Shown here in pieces: positions 11,351 to 21,780 of a stretch of DNA of 64,000 nt. This stretch comes from Terriglobia bacterium. Lineage in GTDB: Bacteria; Acidobacteriota; Terriglobia; 20CM-2-55-15. The stretch is from contig CBDCLE010000002.1 of assembly GCA_965218585.1 (NCBI GenBank), positions 224,001-288,000 of the forward strand, written 5' to 3'. The notes beneath the pieces are model-generated. The model did no database searches, was not told the origin of the DNA, and worked only from the letters and a program-made list of their open reading frames with translations. Position 1 is the stretch's first letter; each line of letters begins with the position of its first letter. The position numbers were made by a program, and so were the translations under genes.

Positions 11351-12236
11351 TTGGCTATGGTGAGGCTTCGGGGACTGTACGCTGTGTGGCACAAACTCAA
11401 GATAACATTAGAGATGATCGCTTTCGAACACACTGTGTTTGCGCTGCCCTTTGCCCTGATCGCCGCACTTCTGGCCCAGGACGGCATCCCTGGTGGTCGG
11501 CAGATCTTCTGGATCGTGGCGGCGATGGTTGGCGCGCGTAGTGCCGCGATGACCTTCAATCGGATTGTAGACCTGGACTATGACCGGGCCAATCCCCGGA
11601 CCCGGGGTCGCGCCCTGCCGTCCGGCCGGCTGTCGATGGGCTTCGCCATAGCCTTTACGGTGGCCATGTCCGCACTGTTCGTCGTTTCTGCCGGAATGCT
11701 GAACCGGCTCTGTCTCTACCTGTCCCTGCCCACGCTCATCATCCTTCTGGCCTATTCCTATACGAAACGGTTTACGCTGCTCAGCCACCTGGTCCTGGGG
11801 TTCGCAATCGGACTGGGCTCCGTTGGGATCATGGCTGGCCATCCGTGGGGAGTTTGCGCTGTCTCCGATACTGCTGGGGTTCACTGTCATGCTATGGATC
11901 GCCGGATTCGATCTCATCTATGCTTGCCAGGATGTGGAGTTCGACCGTCGATCCCGATTGTTTTCAATTCCGGCCGGGTGGGGTAAATCCCAGGCGCTGG
12001 GCCTGTCTTCGCTCCTTCACGTCGGTACAGTAGTGGTGCTGGTCGGTATCGCCTGGCTCTCGGGCCTGGGAGCAGTTGCGTATGGCGGGATCGCAATCGT
12101 TGCTGCGATACTATATTGGGAACACCGCATCGTCAGACCGGACGATCTGAGCCGTGTGAACGTCGCGTTTTTTACGCTTAACGGGTATGTGAGCCTGCTG
12201 TTGCTGGTGGCCTTCGCGACGGACATACTCATCTGA
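11351..12236 (+). CDS. UbiA-family prenyltransferase (MqnP-like), frameshift near 11820
   Basis: FEHTVFALPFA, AMTFNRIVDLDYDRANPRT, YSYTKRFT, then GFDLIYACQDVEFD and NVAFFTLNG in the shifted frame. Confidence 0.88.
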
Positions 12237-12249
12237 ACCCGAGGTAGCC

Positions 12250-13482
12250 ATGAAACGAATCACATTCGTGTCGCTGATGCTTGTTACGACTCTCGCGTTA
12301 GGAACCGAGCGGGAGCCATTGGAGCAGTATCAGGCCCGCCGGTTGCAGCTGGCATCGCAGCTGGATGGCGCAGTCGTACTCTACGCAGCACCCTCAGCGG
12401 ATCTTGTCCAGTATCAGCAGGAGGACAATTTTTACTATCTGACGGGGTTTACCGAACCCAACGCCATTCTTTTACTCGACGCAACCGGTGACGAGATGCG
12501 CGAATTTCTCTTCATTCCACCTCGTGACATGGATGAAGAACGCTGGACCGGAGCGAAGCTGGGTCCCGGTCCGGAAGCCGCCGAGGAAACCGGTTTCATG
12601 GCGGTCGAAGAGCTGGACGCGTTTCGAGATCGACTCGAAGCTGTCCTCGAGGACGTAGATACCATTTACGCACTGACCGATCGGGAGTCCGATCTCATGC
12701 GCCTCAGTGAGGCGGCACCCGAGGCCGATTTAGAAGATGTCCGACCAACAATAGCGGCTATGCGACAGGTCAAGTCTGCTACCGAAATCGCGCTGCTTCA
12801 GAAAGCGATCGAGATAACAATGACGGCTCAGGAAGCGGCCGCCAGCATCATTCGGCCGAACGCTTTCGAATACGAAGTGGAGGCCATCATCGAATACGAG
12901 TTCCGGCGGGGTGGTGCCGAAAGGCCCGGCTTCCCCTCAATCGTGGGCTCCGGCCCGTTTGCCTCGATCCTCCACTACGACCGCAATGATCGCCAGATGC
13001 TTGATGGAGACATGGTCGTGATCGACATCGGTGCAGAATACGGGGGATACACGGCCGACATCACGCGGACCTATCCCGTCAATGGAACGTTCACCTCGCG
13101 GCAGCGGGAGATATATCAGATTGTCCTGGATGCGCAGAAAGCCGCCCTGGAAAGAGTAAGGCCCGGGGCGAGCATGGGCGGCGGCGACGACGGCATTCGC
13201 AGTGCAGCCCGGGACTACATCGAATCGAAAGGCTACGGCGATTACTTCTTTCACGGTACCAGTCACCATATCGGTCTCCAGGTTCATGATGTGGGCGACA
13301 CGCGGCGGGAGTTGGAACCGAACATGGTTTTGACCGTGGAACCTGGAATTTATCTCCCGGACGAAAACATCGGTGTACGGATTGAAGACGACGTGATCGT
13401 AACTGAAACCGGGTACCGCATACTTTCAGACTTTCCCAGAGAGATCGATGAGATCGAAGCGTTGATGGCGGGGGATCGGTAA
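12250..13482 (+). CDS. pepP: Xaa-Pro aminopeptidase (M24B) with signal peptide
   Basis: NFYYLTGF N-domain; DIGAEYGGYTADITRT, HHIGLQVHD, EPGIY and GVRIEDD metal ligands. Confidence 0.9.
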   Translation: MKRITFVSLMLVTTLALGTEREPLEQYQARRLQLASQLDGAVVLYAAPSADLVQYQQEDNFYYLTGFTEPNAILLLDATGDEMREFLFIPPRDMDEERWTGAKLGPGPEAAEETGFMAVEELDAFRDRLEAVLEDVDTIYALTDRESDLMRLSEAAPEADLEDVRPTIAAMRQVKSATEIALLQKAIEITMTAQEAAASIIRPNAFEYEVEAIIEYEFRRGGAERPGFPSIVGSGPFASILHYDRNDRQMLDGDMVVIDIGAEYGGYTADITRTYPVNGTFTSRQREIYQIVLDAQKAALERVRPGASMGGGDDGIRSAARDYIESKGYGDYFFHGTSHHIGLQVHDVGDTRRELEPNMVLTVEPGIYLPDENIGVRIEDDVIVTETGYRILSDFPREIDEIEALMAGDR

Positions 13483-13605
13483 GACCATCGACCACCGAGG
13501 CACGGAAAGCCCAGAGGAAACCAAAGATTCTTGATCTTTGCGTCTTTGCACCTTGGCGGTTAAATTCCCTCGATCCTATAGATAACCAGAAAAGGCACTA
13601 ATTTC

Positions 13606-14169
13606 ATGATTCAAGCGACTCAACTGCGTAAAGGAAACATCATCCTGCTGAACAAGGACCTTTTTCGCGTCGTGGGTTATCAACACCTGACCCCCGGAAA
13701 GGGGCATGGGTTCATGCAGACCAAGCTGAAGAACCTGCGCTCAGGTTCGATCATCGAACACCGTTTTCGTTCTGACGATACAGTCGAGCGAGCGATCCTC
13801 GACAAACGCGAAATGGAATATCTCTACAGCGAAGGCGACACGCATTTCTTCATGGATACCGAGACATACGATCAACTTCATTTCACGTCCGACGTCCTTG
13901 GAGAGTCCATGCAGTACCTTGTTGCCAACGCCCGGATCGAAGTCGAGTTTTTCGAGGAGAAGGCTGTCGGCATTTCACTGCCCACCACCGTGGATCTCAA
14001 GATCACCGAGACCGAACCAGGTATGCGCTCGGCGACCGTGAGCAACGTCCTCAAGCCGGCCACGACCGAGACGGGTCTGGTCGTTCAGGTGCCACACTTC
14101 ATATCGGAAGGAGAGGTCGTACGCGTCGATACCGACGAAGGCAAGTACGTCGAGCGCGTAAGAGAGTAG
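13606..14169 (+). CDS. efp: Elongation factor P
   Basis: HLTPGKG loop, YLYSEG, KPATTETG, YVERV. Confidence 0.97.
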   Translation: MIQATQLRKGNIILLNKDLFRVVGYQHLTPGKGHGFMQTKLKNLRSGSIIEHRFRSDDTVERAILDKREMEYLYSEGDTHFFMDTETYDQLHFTSDVLGESMQYLVANARIEVEFFEEKAVGISLPTTVDLKITETEPGMRSATVSNVLKPATTETGLVVQVPHFISEGEVVRVDTDEGKYVERVRE

Positions 14170-14227
14170 TCCGGTGGGGACTGACGCCTGTCCCCCGCCC
14201 GAGCCGTCTCGGCCTCCTTACGGGCGT

Positions 14228-15609
14228 CTAAGGTGTCATCACTTCGGCAATCACTTCAAGAAGCGTTTCTTCCTCATCCCTGGAAACCGTACGTAAATCG
14301 ATCAGAACGCGATCGTCCTCTATCCGGACAATAACCGGGGGCTCCGCATCCCGAAGCCGTTTTTCCAGTTCCGAGGCAGATAAGTCTTCGCCGAAAGCGC
14401 GACACCCCAGGATGGGATTTCCACCTCTGGCACGGAGCCCCCACCCACGACCGACTTTAGAGGCACCGGGACCGCAACAGAGTTCACTGCCCGATCCGCG
14501 AAAGTTTCAGCCCGGTCGCGAAGCTCGGATTCATCGGTCAGAAGCATCCCGGGTACAGGAACATCTGTTTGCTCTCCTCTCAGATGCATGAGCAGAACGA
14601 TTTCCAGCGCCGAGAGAGTCAGCTTGTCGACGCGGAGTGCGCGGAAGAGCGGATTTTGTCGAATCCTATCGACCAGCGCCTTGCGGCCGGCAACGATCCC
14701 GCACTGCGGCCCCCCCATGAGCTTGTCCCCACTGAACGAAACAACGTCCACGCCGGCTTCAACGCTTTCCCTCGGAAGCGGCTCGTAGGTAAGCGCAGCG
14801 CTGGTCATGCCGGACAATCGCCCGCTTCCAATATCTTCATAAGTCGGGATCCCGGAGCTGCTGCCCAGTTCCACAAACTCCTCGATCGACGCCCGTTCCG
14901 TGAAACCGATGACCCTGAAATTGCTCGGGTGCACCCTGAGCAGAAGACGCGTCTCGGGACCGGCGGCCTCCTTGTAGTCTTCGATCCGGGTCCGGTTGGT
15001 CGTCCCAATCTCGCGCAGCTGCGCGCCGCTCTTGACCATGACTTCGGGAATCCTGAAGGAACCTCCGATCTCAACCTCTTCGCCACGAGACACGAGAACC
15101 TCTCCTCCCTCGGCTAACGAATTGAGAACCAGCAGAACAGCCGCGGCGTTGTTGTTGACCACCAGCGCCGCCTCCGTTCCCAGCAATTCGTTGATCAGAC
15201 CGGCAACGTGGTCGTCCCTCTTTCCCCTTCTTCCCTTTCCGATATTAAACTCGAGATTGGAATAGCCTATCGACACATCCTTCAAATGATCGATGGCAGC
15301 CGTTGGAAGGGGCGCCCGTCCAAGATTCGTATGAAGGACGACTCCCGAAGCATTGATGACGCGCGTCAGCGACGGAGCGAGAAAATCCTCGATCCGGTGA
15401 CGGAGGTCGAGGGCGATTGTACGGGTCAGGTCTTCTCTCGACGCTTCGCTATCCTCCGCTCGCAAGCGGACTCTGGTTTCCTCCAATACCTCGTTCAAAA
15501 GCCGAGTGGCGAACGGTTGTTCGAGAACCGAACCAAAATCGGACAATGCCTCGCTTGCCAAAACTTCGTTGACCGGAGGAATCTGACGGAGGGCTTTCAT
15601 GACGGCCAT
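14228..15609 (-). CDS. selA: L-seryl-tRNA(Sec) selenium transferase, C-terminal frameshift near 14385
   Basis: VINASGVVLHTNLGRAP, VSRGEEVEIGGSFR, SGDKLMGGPQ (PLP Lys). The C-terminal DLRTVSRDEEE...VMTP* ends at 14228 in another frame. Confidence 0.93.
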
Positions 15610-15687
15610 TTCAGCATACAGGACCCTGATTTACAATGAGCGGACCATCAGGGACCGGTGTTGGTATAGGACCCGTAGAAAATCTCG

Positions 15688-16293
15688 ATGGAAATCATGC
15701 TGCGTCTTTCGATCATTTACCTGTCCGGGGTAATAGTCCTGGCTTCTGCACAGCCCGCAAGAGCCTGGCCCGAGACTGCATACCCGGAAATCTTCGACAA
15801 CGCGATCCGCGTCCTGCCAACACCTCTGAGACAACTCCTGGAGGACATGGAGTCGTCGCTCCACCAGGCGTGCTCACCGACCCGGACAGACCAGGCTGTG
15901 GCACAGGCGATCGAGGAACTCCGAAGCCCAGACGGTAATCTCGAACGGGCCGTCACCGCCATGAAGGACGCCGGCTGCGCCATCGCAGCGATGAACGATC
16001 CCAACATGGACGTGCTGGTGGAATCTGAACGGAAGAATTTTGCAGTCGTCTTCTATGGGTGGCATCCCATCATCGAGTGCGGCGACCTCCCCGAGTACCT
16101 GCGGATCCGGGAAGAAGAGCATCAACGACTTCTCGACCGTTTTGGGCGTAGTTCCCAGCTTCCCAGCCGATCCGACAATGTGGAACTTTCCCCGGAGTTC
16201 AGAATGGCATCCATCGCCTTTTCCCATGCGGTTACCGATGTTGCCAACGTCTGGCTCTACGTTTGGACCTCAGTTAACGGCGCACTGGACTAG
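15688..16293 (+). CDS. Exported hypothetical protein with degenerate S1/P1 nuclease or Zn-phospholipase C-like features
   Basis: Signal peptide ending ARA-W; W..AY..I...A...LP..L N-terminus; AVTDVANVWLYVW C-terminal helix. Confidence 0.55.
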   Translation: MEIMLRLSIIYLSGVIVLASAQPARAWPETAYPEIFDNAIRVLPTPLRQLLEDMESSLHQACSPTRTDQAVAQAIEELRSPDGNLERAVTAMKDAGCAIAAMNDPNMDVLVESERKNFAVVFYGWHPIIECGDLPEYLRIREEEHQRLLDRFGRSSQLPSRSDNVELSPEFRMASIAFSHAVTDVANVWLYVWTSVNGALD

Positions 16294-16338
16294 CCACCGT
16301 TTCTGGACAACTAGATACACCGCTGTTAGGAGTACAAG

Positions 16339-17922
16339 TTGAAGAAAATCGAGCGAGCGCTGATCAGCGTTTTCGACAAGCGTGGCATCGTAGATTTTGC
16401 GCGTGCACTTATAGCCATGGGCGTCGAGATTCTTTCTACCGGGGGGACTGCGCGGTTACTGGGAAAGGAAGGAATCGAAGTCCGGGAAGTCTCCGAGATC
16501 ACGGGCTTCCCCGAGGTTCTCGATGGCCGGGTCAAGACCCTGCACCCACGCATTCACGCAGGCATCCTTGCGGTTCGTGATAATCCGGACCACCAGGCAC
16601 AACTCGACGAACACAACATCGGGCATATCGATTTGATATGCGTGAACCTGTATCCGTTCGTCGAAACCACCCGGAAGGCCGGCGCAACATTCGAAGACAT
16701 CGTCGAGAACATCGACATTGGGGGCCCCTCAATGTTGCGTGCCGGTTCCAAGAATTTTCGTGATGTTGCCGTCGTCACGGACCCGGACGACTATTCCGCC
16801 GTCATCAAGGAATTGGAAGAGGCTGGCGGCATCCTCTCCCCGCAACAGCTGTTTGCGCTGGCACAGAAGAGCTTTGTTCACACCGGACAGTACGATGGCG
16901 CAATCGCCGAGTATTTATCTCAAGTGGATTGGAAGGATGAGAGTCCCTCACTGCCCGAAAACACCCTGTTCCCCCCCAAGCTGTTTATGGATTTCGAGCG
17001 GGTTGCCCAACTCCGGTACGGCGAAAACCCCCATCAGAGTGCTGCTTTCTACCGTTGGGGTTCCGATCCTGTTCACGGACTTGCAGACGCCGGACAACTC
17101 CAGGGGAAGGAACTTTCCTACAACAACCTGGTGGACCTCCAGGCTGCATGGGCACTGATTCTGGAGTTTGAGGATCCGGCGTGCGCGATTATCAAACATA
17201 CGAATCCCTGTGGCGCGGCCCTCGGCAGTGATCTTCGGGATGCATACCTGAAAGCGCTGGATGCCGATCCCGTGTCTGCGTTCGGATCGATCATAGCCGT
17301 GAATCGCCCGCTCGATGGAGAGACGGCGGAAGAGATGGCGAAGCTTTTTGTTGAAGCCATCATCGCGCCCAGGATCGAAGACGAAGCCAAAGAAGTCTTT
17401 GCCGCAAAGAAAAACCTGCGCGTACTCGAACTCAAGGACGATACCGATCCGGCAGGCACCGCCAGCCTCGAAATTCGCCGTGTTCTGGGAGGCATACTGG
17501 TTCAGGACACCGACGCCTCACGGGAACTGGAGGGTCCCGCCGTTAAGGTAGCCACACCGAGGGAGCCGTCCGAGGCCGAGTGGCGGGATCTCCGCTTCGC
17601 ATGGAAGGTAGCCCGTCACGTTAAATCCAATGCGATCGTCCTCGCTGCCGACGGACGTACCTCAGGCGTGGGAGCAGGCCAGATGAGTCGTGTCGATTCG
17701 GTCAAGATAAGCGTCGAAAAGGCCCGCCCGAGTGCGAAGGGGACAGTCATGGCGTCGGATGCCTTTTTCCCTTTTCGTGATGGGCTCGACGCTGGGGCCG
17801 AGGCCGGAATTCGTGCCGTGATCCAACCCGGGGGGTCCCGCCGGGACGAGGAAGTTATCGAAGCCGCCGCCGAGCACGACATCGCGATGGTCTTTACCGG
17901 AACCCGCCATTTCAAACACTAG
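16339..17922 (+). CDS. purH: Bifunctional AICAR formyltransferase/IMP cyclohydrolase
   Basis: [45 protein letters not shown]. Confidence 0.98.
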   Translation: MKKIERALISVFDKRGIVDFARALIAMGVEILSTGGTARLLGKEGIEVREVSEITGFPEVLDGRVKTLHPRIHAGILAVRDNPDHQAQLDEHNIGHIDLICVNLYPFVETTRKAGATFEDIVENIDIGGPSMLRAGSKNFRDVAVVTDPDDYSAVIKELEEAGGILSPQQLFALAQKSFVHTGQYDGAIAEYLSQVDWKDESPSLPENTLFPPKLFMDFERVAQLRYGENPHQSAAFYRWGSDPVHGLADAGQLQGKELSYNNLVDLQAAWALILEFEDPACAIIKHTNPCGAALGSDLRDAYLKALDADPVSAFGSIIAVNRPLDGETAEEMAKLFVEAIIAPRIEDEAKEVFAAKKNLRVLELKDDTDPAGTASLEIRRVLGGILVQDTDASRELEGPAVKVATPREPSEAEWRDLRFAWKVARHVKSNAIVLAADGRTSGVGAGQMSRVDSVKISVEKARPSAKGTVMASDAFFPFRDGLDAGAEAGIRAVIQPGGSRRDEEVIEAAAEHDIAMVFTGTRHFKH

Positions 17923-18196
17923 TGGCCTGTACCCCCCATATTGGGACCAGCGTTCGGGCCAAACGGCATTGGATTCTAGGAGTCGGCAACGAGGAAATGC
18001 TCCGTCATTCGGAGGAACCGACGACAACGAAGACGATGTCGTTTCGCCCGAACCCTGCGGGCCGATGGGGGTTGCGGGCGATATCTTTGTTACGAGCCGT
18101 CATGGATGCGAAAACATCAATTTCCGTCTCGCGCCGCGATCTCGCCCGCGCTGGTCCCAGTATGGGGAGTACAGGCCACTCGTGGCCTGTACTCCC
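17921..18196. repeat. MITE/REP-like 260-bp element with 32-bp terminal inverted repeats and an adjacent partial copy
   Basis: agtggcctgtaccccccatattgggaccagcg (17921-17952) vs cgctggtcccagtatggggagtacaggccact (18149-18180), 30/32 complementary; gtggcctgtactccc repeated at 18182-18196. Confidence 0.8.
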
Positions 18197-18310
18197 TTTT
18201 CGGTAGCTGAAAACACAAGGGAAAATAGGGACACAGGTGTCTGACCCGATTTTATTGACGTATAATGAACAAAATTCAATGGTTGTTGACAGATTGTCTG
18301 GATCAGGAAC

Positions 18311-20258
18311 TATGAAAAGACTCCTCGCTGTTCTCCTGCTGTCCGCGATGGCCCTCACTCCTGGATTTTCACAATCTCAGGAAGAGGTGTCACCGGTAGC
18401 CGAAGCCTACTACCACTTCGCCATAGGCCACGTGCTCGAAGCGGAAGGTGACTGGGAGGGGGCTCTGGACGAGTACGAGCAGGCGCTGGCACTGGATCCG
18501 ACGAATTCCTCGATATATTCCGAAATGGCGGCCAGCTATCTCGCCCAGCAGCAGATCTCGGACGCGGTCGACTACGCGGAACGGGCAATCCGTGCGGATG
18601 CGGACAACCTGGACGCCCATCAGCTCCTGAGCTCGATATACACCGGCCTTCTGAACAACGCCACAAACGGCCGCGGGGTCGCCCCCGAAATCGTTGACCG
18701 TGCAGTCGAAGAACTCGAAGAGGTCGTTCGACTGGACCCCACCGAGCGGGATGCGTATCTCATGTTGGGACGTCTGTATCGATTCCGGGAGGAACCCGAA
18801 CGAGCCGCCGAAGTTTACCGGGACTTTCTCGAAGTCTCTCCTGGTTCTGAGGAAGGTGCGATAGCACTGGCGGAATTGCAATTGGAATCCGGCAACGTAG
18901 ACGAGGCCATCCAGATACTCCGGGAATTCTCCGAATCCCAACCCGAATCCGTTCCGGTCCTGGCTCTTCTTGGCGAGGCCTACAGGCGCGCCGAAGACTG
19001 GGACAGTGCAGCCAGCGCCTACACCGACGCACTGGCTCTGGATCCCGAAGATACCGACCTGCTCCGGGAAGCTGCCCGCGCACTGCTGGTTTCAGGGCGT
19101 CTGGACGAAGCGGCCGAGCGTTTTGAGCAACTCATCGATCTGGAACCGGACGACCCGACCGCTCACCTGAGGCTTGGACAGATCCAACGGCAGAGGATGA
19201 ACTATGAGATCGCACGGGACCACCTGGAGACGGCCAACCGACTGGTTCCGGACAGCCCCGAGATCCATTTCGACATGGCGTTACTGGAACGTGACGAAGG
19301 GAACTTTGAACAAAGTCTCTCCCAGCTCCTCGAGCTGCTCGAAGACACCGAACAGCCGAACGGCCGCTACAATGGCGGTGAGCGGCAGAATCGAAGGATC
19401 TTCCTGACCAACGTCGCGCTGCTTCAGACGCGTCTCGAAGCGTACGACGATGCTGTAGGAACGTTCGAGGAGATGAAGGAACTCACGTTGAACCGGGACG
19501 GGTCGATTGAGGCATTCATTGTCGACACCTATCAGACCGCAGGAGAAATCGATCTTGCCCTCCAGTTCTGTAACGAAGCACTGGATGTATTTCCTACAAA
19601 CCCCCAGTTGCGCCTGCAGCGTGTTGACCTGATTGCGAAACAGGGCCGCGTGGAAGCAGCGCTTGAGCTACTCGATGCGATGGCAGCAGCCGAAGAGAAC
19701 AACTTCGGTGTCTACTCGACCATGTTCTCGATTCACGAACAGGCCCAGGACTACACCCAGGCACAGGAAGTCGTCGATGAAATGATGGAGCGGTTTCCCG
19801 GCAGCGAGCAAGTCTACTTCCTGCAGGGAGCGCTCTACGAGCAGCAAAAACAATACGAAGAGGCGGAAGCCGCGTTCCGTATGGCATTGGACCTTAGCGA
19901 AGACAATGCGGCCGTTCTCAACTATCTCGGTTACATGCTGGCCAATAACGACACCAAGCTTCGAGAAGCTCTATCGATGATCGAGGTTGCCGTTGCCGCA
20001 GATCCGATCAACGGAGCATATCTGGACAGCCTGGGGTGGGTGTACTACAGGCTGAACGAACTGGAACTGGCAGAACGCTACCTCGAACGGGCCGTCGTTT
20101 TCTCACCGAAGGACCCCGACCTGCACGAACATCTGGGCGACCTCTACCTCCTCACGGGCCGTCCCAATGAAGCCCGAGAATCCTACGAAACCTCACTTGA
20201 ACTGGCAGAGGAGGCGGAAAAGCGGGAAGCCGTTCAGGAGAAGCTCGACGGATTCTAG
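18311..20258 (+). CDS. Exported tetratricopeptide-repeat protein
   Basis: Signal peptide MKRLLAVLLLSAMALTPGFS; many TPRs; C-terminal LNYLGYMLA...AYLDSLGWVYY...EHLGDLY. Confidence 0.88.
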
Positions 20259-20288
20259 TCGAGTAGTCCCGGCGAATCCCATTTAACC

Positions 20289-20875
20289 GTGAACTCTTTA
20301 GCCCCTAACACTGTCATTAAAAGTAGCGACCAGGAACAAGCTGTTTCCAGGCAGGCAGATAGCCCTGTTGATTTCGAGCAAGCCGCCGAGGAACACCGAC
20401 CGTTCCTGATGCGCATTGCCGTCGCTTCGACCCGGAATGTGTCCGATGCGGAGGACATTGTCCAGGAAGCCCTGATGCGAGCTCACCGCGGACTCAAGAA
20501 TTTCCGCGGCGATTGCGCGCTCCGGACCTGGATGTCGAGAATCATTGTGCGCGTCTCGATCAACCATCGCAAGAGTTTCATGCGGATGGCGAAACGGTGG
20601 ACGTTTTTCAGCGACCTCGAAAGGGAAGACTCCGACGGGCAGGTGCGCGCTTTCGATGCCGGAGATGGATCGACCCCGGTCGGCCGTGAAGCACTTATTG
20701 ATGTGGAAAGGCAAATGAACCGCCTGCCGGAAGAATTTCGGATACCGCTGCTGATGCTCGCGGTCGAAGGCATGACGATTCGGAAATCGCCGAGATCCTC
20801 GAGATTCCGGAAGGCACCGTAAAGTCGCGAATCTTCTACGGGAGAAAGCGCCTGAAGAAGGCCCTGAAGCTATGA
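20289..20875 (+). CDS. ECF sigma-70 factor, frameshift near 20780; start uncertain
   Basis: DAEDIVQEAL, FRGDCALRTW, then EIAEILEIPEGTVKSRIFYGRKRL in the shifted frame. Stop overlaps the next ATG (ATGA). Confidence 0.88.
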
Positions 20876-21702
20876 ACGAAGCTATGACGAATGAATGTCA
20901 GTGGGTTGAATCCAAACTAGAAGACTATCTGGTAGGGAGCCCCGATGCGGAGGTTCGCAGTCGGATCGCTTCTCACCTCGAAACGTGTGACACGTGCAGG
21001 CAAGAGGTGGAAGCCTACGGCAAGGTCGATACACTGGTGCGAGCGCATTTCGAACGTCAGATGGCCCGTGCCGAGAGCCGAACCCGTTTGGGCTTCCGCC
21101 CGATGCGCCTGGCTGGAGCGTTTGCGGGTGTCGGAGCTCTCGCGCTCGCCCTCTGGGTGGGAATGAGCGCATCTCGGTCCGAGCTGCAAGGCGAAGAGAC
21201 TGCCCTCGCCCAAGCCAGCGCCGCAGACTCCCTCGACAAGGCCACCGAAGAACCGGATGTTCTTCGAGCCAAGCCGACGGAAGGGGAAGGGGGAACGGGT
21301 TTGAATTCGATCGGTGCCGGTGCATTGACTGCCCCACCGGAAGCCGTCGATCTCTACATCGCAGATGCCGCCGGTTACCTGCAGACACTGGCAGACTACT
21401 CGGGTTCGATACTGGTACTCGGAGTTTTTGACGGAACCGGGCATGAAGCCTTCGAAGAAGCCTATGCCGCCTACGGTGCAGACGAACGTTTCAGCTTTGT
21501 AGGAGTTCGGTTGGATTCGGACACGCGTCCGGAAAACACTACGTTTCCATTGATGGCAAACCGGGGCTCTTCGCTGCTGGAAACACCGGTAGGGGGTTTT
21601 ACGATCGTGGCGCCGGACGGGGGCATATACGGACGCGGGTTGCTTGAGGCCTCTCTCGTCGACACACTTCGGTCAAGCCTTGAAGAGTTAGGAGTTCGCT
21701 AG
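20872..21702 (+). CDS. Zinc-binding (zf-HC2) anti-sigma factor with TM helix and redoxin-like C-terminal domain
   Basis: HLETCDTC (HxxxCxxC), TM segment AFAGVGALALALWVGM, C-terminal IADAAGYLQTLADYSGSILVLGVF. Confidence 0.8.
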   Translation: MNEAMTNECQWVESKLEDYLVGSPDAEVRSRIASHLETCDTCRQEVEAYGKVDTLVRAHFERQMARAESRTRLGFRPMRLAGAFAGVGALALALWVGMSASRSELQGEETALAQASAADSLDKATEEPDVLRAKPTEGEGGTGLNSIGAGALTAPPEAVDLYIADAAGYLQTLADYSGSILVLGVFDGTGHEAFEEAYAAYGADERFSFVGVRLDSDTRPENTTFPLMANRGSSLLETPVGGFTIVAPDGGIYGRGLLEASLVDTLRSSLEELGVR

Positions 21703-21780
21703 ACAACGTTTTCCTTCTGTAGTTGCAGTCTGTGACCGCACAATCAATAGGAAACGTGCGGCCATAGACCGCATCCCCAG

